A stretch of 57,252 nt of DNA, counting the filler, from Sphacelaria rigidula (lineage: Eukaryota), in assembly GCA_964200075.2 (NCBI GenBank). It is 6 parts of 6 records of this genome, joined end to end, with 100 filler letters (N's around TTAATTAATTAA, not from the genome) between each part and the next. Parts side by side here need not be neighbours in the genome. Positions count along the whole stretch, not along the records: positions 47,796 to 57,252 come from CAXNAA020008452.1; 5 more parts are not named here. One strand, given 5' to 3'. Numbering within the stretch: position 1 is the stretch's first letter; the number at the start of each line of letters is the position of its first letter. This document shows, piece after piece, positions 51,374-57,252 of the stretch. The notes under the pieces are model-generated. The model had not been told where the DNA came from, made no database searches, and saw nothing but the letters and a program-made list of their open reading frames with translations. The position numbers and the translations under genes were made by a program.

Positions 51374-52830
51374 GACAGCAGTGAGGTGGAAGGAACAAAA
51401 TTAAGCCCACAACAACGGAAAACAAAAATAGAACATAATGATGAGACACAGGAACGAAACGAAGTCCATAACCAATGGGAAAGCAAAAGTGGAAATGAAT
51501 AAAAAATGAGAAGTGAAAAATAGTAAAAATGCTGAACTGTTGCTCACTCCCATGGTACAGCACAAGACGACTCCCTCACACGCTCTGCTCCGTCTGGTGT
51601 TCTTCTCTGCTTATTTCGCAGTATACCGTGCCCTGGTGTAGAGCTGTCGTTGCGGTAGGCTCGCTCACCTCGCCCAGCTGTTGGAGCTCTTTGCGTGACA
51701 ACTCCTCCCGGTCCCCGTCGGCGCATCTAACTCCCAAAAGGCGCTTGACGTACACCTACCACGATAGTCGAACACCCGTCCTTTCTGCAAACTTCATCGA
51801 AATCCTTCCAGAATGTGAATACTACGGGGAACAAGTTTAGAGCATCATTGCTCAACAGGAGGGCATGGCGTACGCCTGGGCGGGACGGCGTCTTTGATGC
51901 CTTGACGGGGTGGTACAAATGCCAGAGGGCGTGGAACCTGTCGAATAGCGAAGATGTAAAGCTTTCCGGGGCCTTCCTTTTTGGTAGCCATTCCGGCACG
52001 CCTCCATCCTGAGTCTTTCTTCAGTATTCCCAACCTGTAACTCCTGTCGCGAATGCAGATTCACGACGGTCTATCAGAATAAGAGATTGGCGTCGCCTTG
52101 AAGTCTGATTCCCAAGCAAAGTGGGCAACCGTCAGCAATCATGTGTCTCGGATGAGGCGGGCGTACGTGATACGGTTGACCTTACGAGAACGTAATTTAC
52201 GTCCTTGCACCGCCACCCCCAGACCGAGTCCCACCATTAATAGATTTCTTACCTCCAAGGTTCCGTGTGCTCGTCATGCTGAAGGTTCCTGCCTCCGTCA
52301 TCTCGATACGTTGAACTCGCACTCTCTCGAACCATTACCAGGTCTCTCTCCTTGACTGGTACACCTGCTGACGGCCTGCGGGCGGTAGCGTCGCCGTTCT
52401 CTCGTGCTGTTGCTTCCGCTGCCTTTCTTCTGTCCAACGCCAGTCTTACCTTGCGTGAGTGGACCTTGACGAAAGCGTCCAGTTCTTTCCTCGGTTCCAT
52501 TTCTTGTGGAAGAAGTACGAGCGAGCTTAGCGACGTGCGCGGTTTGCGACCAAACAGCAACTCGAAAGGCGACATTTCATAGTGAAGCGACGTGTCAGGC
52601 AATGTGCGCTTGATCCAAAGAGCGGGTGAGACGTACTCATCCCGCCTCTCCGAGGTCATGATGACCTGCAGAGCCCCCACAGCATATTTCACAGTTATCA
52701 TTCCAGTCTCTTGACTGTATTCTGGCCGCGTGGGTGATCTGACGGCCCGAAAAGTAATGTGCACTTTCCACCACCTAACCAGATGAGTGACTACCTCAGC
52801 CATGAATTCCTTGCACACGTGGACAAATAG
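51374..52830 (-). mobile_element. Decayed Ty3/Gypsy 3' end: integrase C-terminus, PPT and interrupted 3' LTR
   Basis: EFMAEVVTHLVRW, EYVSPALWIKRT and SPFELLFGRKPRT are integrase-like. The minus strand reads GGGGACCGGGAGGAGT then TGTCACG at 51700, i.e. PPT followed by LTR start. Confidence 0.78.
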
Positions 52831-53019
52831 CACCCTGTAGGACGAGCTGCACAGGGTTCTCCACAGTCTTTGTGAAAACCCCCGTGTAGCATTTGCAAAC
52901 CCTAGTACCTGTAATGGTATTTTGCATAGCGTTTTTGTCGAATCCCTGCAAGCAACCCTGTGGAGAGGCCTTCCCAATTTGGAAAATTCCAAATTATTTT
53001 GGTACAAAATCTGTAAATT

Positions 53020-53390
53020 TATTGTTTTGGAATAGCTTCTCCTGCTGTCCGACATAATTTTTTTTGCTCGATTCAGATCGGGCAAAAATGAATTTATCTC
53101 GGACAGCAGGGGAAGCTATTCAAAACAGATTCTTTTTTCGCCCAATTTATTTGGGCAAAAAGAGGATATATTTCGAACAGCTTCTTCTGCTGTTCGAAAT
53201 AGATCATTTTTTTGCCCAATATAAATGGGCGAAGAAAGGATCAATTTCGAACAGCTTCTTTTGCTGCGCAAATCTCATGCACACTGACTGGCAGATTTGG
53301 AATTTGAATAGCAGAAGAAGCTCGAAATGAATCTCCACTTTGCCCTCCAATTCATCCGGAGATTGGGCAAAAAGAGATTTATTGCGAACA
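53020..53390. repeat. Array of nested inverted repeats (foldback-like)
   Basis: GAATAGCTTCTCCTGCTGTCCGA / TCGGACAGCAGGGGAAGCTATTC, TTTCGAACAGC-TTCTTCT-GCTGTTCGAAA, and repeated TTTGCCC...GGGCAAA hairpins. Confidence 0.75.
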
Positions 53391-54344
53391 GCGTCAGCTG
53401 GGCATATCCCGCATACTGCACCGGTATCAGCATATGGGATCCGACAAGCAGATACAATTGTTGGAAATAATTCATCCTTGTGCCACCCGATCCATGCAAA
53501 TGGGCTAAAGAATGAATAATTATCAACAGCTTCTGCTGAGTGGAGATCCGACACACTGCTTACGATCGAGTGTATGTCCACACGCCTACGAGTCAAGATA
53601 CGACGCTTCCACTCAAGGCGTGGATGCTAGGATATCGTAATACACCTTGCATATGACTCCACATTGCTTTTGGAAATCCCGTGGTCCGCAGTCTACCAAA
53701 ATCACTCAACCGAGTATGCTTTCGTTCAGAGAGGTTTCTGCTTGATACTTATTAGAAGCTCAAACTACTTGTCGTTGACAACAAATCAGGTAGCTCGACG
53801 TGCAACCTGATGCACTCCCGCGCCCCAAAATCGTGAGTCCGATTGTCACCCCCGCCACTTCTTGACCGTTTTTTTCTGCCAGTATCATGTCCATCCTGTA
53901 TGGAATATATTGTATGCGTGCTATATAAATGCTGTACAGCATATTAGCAGCGATGAATTCTACACGGAGTGACGAAACCCTATGAAGCGCCCTGTGTGGC
54001 ACACAATAATACCCTATAATCAAAACCCTGCGAGAAACCCTGCACAGTTTCCCTGAACCCTGTGAAGCGTCCTGTGGGGCGCAAAGAAAAACCTACCGCC
54101 AGATCCCCGCGAGAAACACTGCACAGTTTCCCTGAACCCTGTAGACATGCCCCACAGGGAGCTATTTGTCCACGTGTGTCTCTGTCACAGCAACTGTTTT
54201 GAGGGACATTGGAAGTTAGGCACAATTCTGCGAGAATGCGGGCTACCTCATCGGCTTGTTTCGATGGCAGAGGGAGCCCGAGTGGGAAGCGGGAAGCGGG
54301 AAGCGGGAATCGCTGTCAACTACTAGAAAGATGCTTTGTGAGTG

Positions 54345-54590
54345 ATGCTACGGTAGGGGTGCACAAATATTTTCTCAGGTAGAAATTGTTAGGAGCCCTT
54401 TATCTCATCCACAAGACGACTTATAAAATAATTAAAGTACGCCAGGATTACTATTTCAATGGGTTACGGATGTCCAGAATGAATTTGCAAACGGGGATGT
54501 TCTGAGCCATTTTTTTGTGCATCTAGAATCGTTTGGAGCCCCGAAACCAGACACGATTTTGCGCAAAAAGTGAACTCCTATTCTAGCATT
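54345..54590. mobile_element. MITE-like element, copy C (inverted relative to A and B)
   Basis: ATGCTACGGTAGGGGTGCAC ... GTGAACTCCTATTCTAGCAT. The body is the reverse complement of 7813-8060. Confidence 0.7.
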
Positions 54591-57252
54591 GGTCCTGTGT
54601 GAATGCGACATCACATCAATCGTCGGCAGGTCGATCTCTTACTCGTCCCATGGGTCCACCACACGCCTGGGGCTCATCGCCGTTTGATGGCCACTCGCTT
54701 TCTTTTGCCTCCTGTAACTGCATGGCAGCACATATTGCCCAGAATTTCTCGTTATTGTGGGCCAATGGGAACGGTCACGCATCAAGGATCGAGTGGCGCC
54801 CACTCCGACAAGTCCGTAGAATGTGTGAACGAGTGCTAGCAGGTCGGATATCGAGTGTTTCTACGATAGACCCTCCCAAAAACGTGGCGGGTTCGGGGAG
54901 GCAAAATCTACGCGTAAATCGAAATGAAAAGGCCGAGCGCAATGAGCAGTCGGGAATTCCCACGCTTAGGTTCGTTTTTGTCGATGTCGCCCATATGAGG
55001 CGCTTCATGCAGCCAAAACCCAAACATCAGGCACTGTATGACATTTCCTTTGTGACAGTGTTCGGCTGGTTTTGGGAAGAGGGGAGTATCGTAGAAAGAC
55101 TGTCATCGTATTCGGAAGGGCAAGCAACTCCTTGTCATCGTATCCCCTATATTGCAGTACGATTTGCCTGTGTTTTATGTAGTCAGCTCGTCTCTCACCT
55201 ACTGTTTCGGCTGTGCCGTTTCCCCCCAGGTCCAATCACGCACGTTCTAGAAAGAATCTCCTTGTTGACGACACTTCGGACTGCTTATTACGTTAGTGAG
55301 GATCAGCATGGCACAATCAAGCACGGCTGTGTCCATCGGGTGGCGGTCTGCGGACGCACTCTGCGTCTTCCCCCCTGCGTGGAGCACCTCGACTTCCTCC
55401 GTTTGTTCGCTGACTGTCGGCGGAATGGCCAGAACTGGCACCTGGGATGGTACCTCGATTGGTGACGGTTCTACGGGCGGTCTTGGGTCTACCACTTCGG
55501 GGACGAATGGCGGAGAAGCTGTGCGCACAACGTCAAAGGATTGTAACCATACTAGCGGTCTGCGGGTTCGGTTCGAACGGCGGATTGATTCATTGTCGTC
55601 GATGTCTGTGCAATATGCGAAGGAAAATGACTTCAGGATGGAAACATTGACTAGTATGTCGGGATCGGGTGGCGAGGGCACAATTTCTCCGGTGTTTACT
55701 GATCCGTTTGTCCCCTCCGGTGACAATTCCAGCAATCGTCATCCCACGAGCCATGATGCCCGGGGACCCACGAAATCTCCTGGCGAACCTGACGTGAAAT
55801 CGTCCCCGATGAAGTAATTGGCGTCGGGCTGTGGCTCACTCGCGTACGGAAGACAGGACAAGGCATCCGGTACCACGGGATCCCTCTCGCTACTGGAAAT
55901 CAACGTCGTACTCCATTAACCTGAGAGTCCACCCCGTGTAACTTGGAGCAGAGATCGCGACTGTGGGACAACCATAATACAGATAATTTTACAAAATAAT
56001 ATTGTACGATGAAATGAGATTCAAGCCCGCAACACTGCTTTCCCCACATTTTCAGCGATGGTGCCCAATGAGGTTTTTGCCGGCCTAATATCCCCCGCTC
56101 GCGTAGATACTTCTTCAGCGCATTTGACCGACTTGTTGAATCCTTCACTCATTCGTTGCACATATCTCGTAGTCACGTCAAGATTACATGGTACGAAACA
56201 ACATATGGTATTGAAAAGTTGTGCTCGTTGCAACTGAAAATAATGAAAACAGTCATAGCTAGTTATTGATTAGTTCAGGGTACACGGATAGTAGCTGATA
56301 TCGATTGATGAGTAGCGTGTAGTATTTCTGGGATGAGCAGTTTGATGTAGTATTGTAAAGGTCCTGGAACTCTAGGAACGGGCTTCAAGAAAAGCAGGTT
56401 TGCGGAACACCAGTTTAGCGGGATGGGAAAATATGTGATATGGCTGTATGGCCACATGCGAGTAAAAGTATCCGTAAAAAGTCATGGGAAATTCCTATTC
56501 CATGGAAAGTGATTAATTGTGATTGGACAGGATAATCGGATCCTCCGTTAAAGGCAGGAACACACCAAGGACCGGTATTTGCGAATATAACAAGTGAGTG
56601 GAGCGTTATTCTGGTCGGATATTTGTACCGAGAACGAGTTGAGAGTTTTCTCGAGCGTGTCATGTGCCGAGTAATGAGCCGGGGGGATCAGGGATTTTTG
56701 CTCTGCACAGCTTTTGGGCATGCCCACCTTCGGTATTCTCCTGCATGCTCCATTTCTCTCCTTCTTCACTAGCTTCTGCCTATTAGCTTGTGTGCGCTGT
56801 TTGTTTCGGCCGATAAGCGCCATCCTCAAAACCCATCTGTGTTTTCGATTCGAGTGTGTTCAACAGCACGCTGTGCTCCTCTGAGGACTTGGTCGAGTCC
56901 GTGCCACATACTACAAACCCTCTATATCCAAGACGACTCTGTACGCTTACAGCGCTGGCCGAAACCGTTATTTTCTCTGATTTTTTACGGGGGTGATATA
57001 GTGGGAAACGATGGTTTCAGTCAGCGCTCCAAGCTAACAGAGTCGGTAAAATGCGCTACAGAAGCATCTCGCGATCGAGGGACATCACGTCGACAGAAAA
57101 GGCATTGGGCACCATCGCTGAAAGTGTGGGGGAAGCGCCGTTTCAGTCTTGAACCTCATTTCATCGTACAACCTCATTTTAACAGGGTTGCCGGAAAAAT
57201 GAGAACGTATTTTGAAATGAGAATCAACCGCTCCCCGGGATTGTGTCCCTTT

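Noticed and set aside
54599..55817. Overlapping ORFs of 288, 173 and 162 aa
   Set aside because: No domain motif or convincing splice sites. The minus-strand P/E/V-rich frame might be coding but cannot be supported.

Overview
Eukaryotic nuclear DNA, most likely from a brown alga or related stramenopile. This is inferred from long GT-AG introns, the repeat landscape and a beta-helix 'adhesin-like' exon, and has not been checked by a search. The window is not one locus. It consists of six sequences of 9460, 9460, 9459, 9458, 9458 and 9457 bp joined by identical 100-nt spacers (44 N + TTAATTAATTAA + 44 N), i.e. length-sorted unplaced scaffolds, so nothing should be linked across spacers. Contig 1: three phase-compatible exons of a PCIF1/CAPAM-like cap m6Am methyltransferase, with tRNA-derived SINEs and MITEs in the introns. 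Contig 2: a decayed Ty3/Gypsy pol (RT-RNaseH-integrase-chromodomain). Contig 3: the last four exons of a single-pass membrane protein with an FN3-like region, plus a 130-nt intronic palindrome. Contig 4: probable exons of a low-complexity protein. Contig 5: the first two exons of a secreted adhesin/pectin-lyase-fold-like protein, and a 383-bp tandem repeat containing a tRNA-like cloverleaf. Contig 6: a 3.07-kb non-autonomous LTR element (4-bp TSD, Cys-motif ORF) apparently nested in the 3' LTR of a second decayed Gypsy element, plus a hairpin array. Most ORFs in the supplied track are spurious. I cannot support a claim of a new multi-gene system. The best novelty candidates are the tRNA-bearing tandem repeat and the cargo-carrying non-autonomous LTR element.
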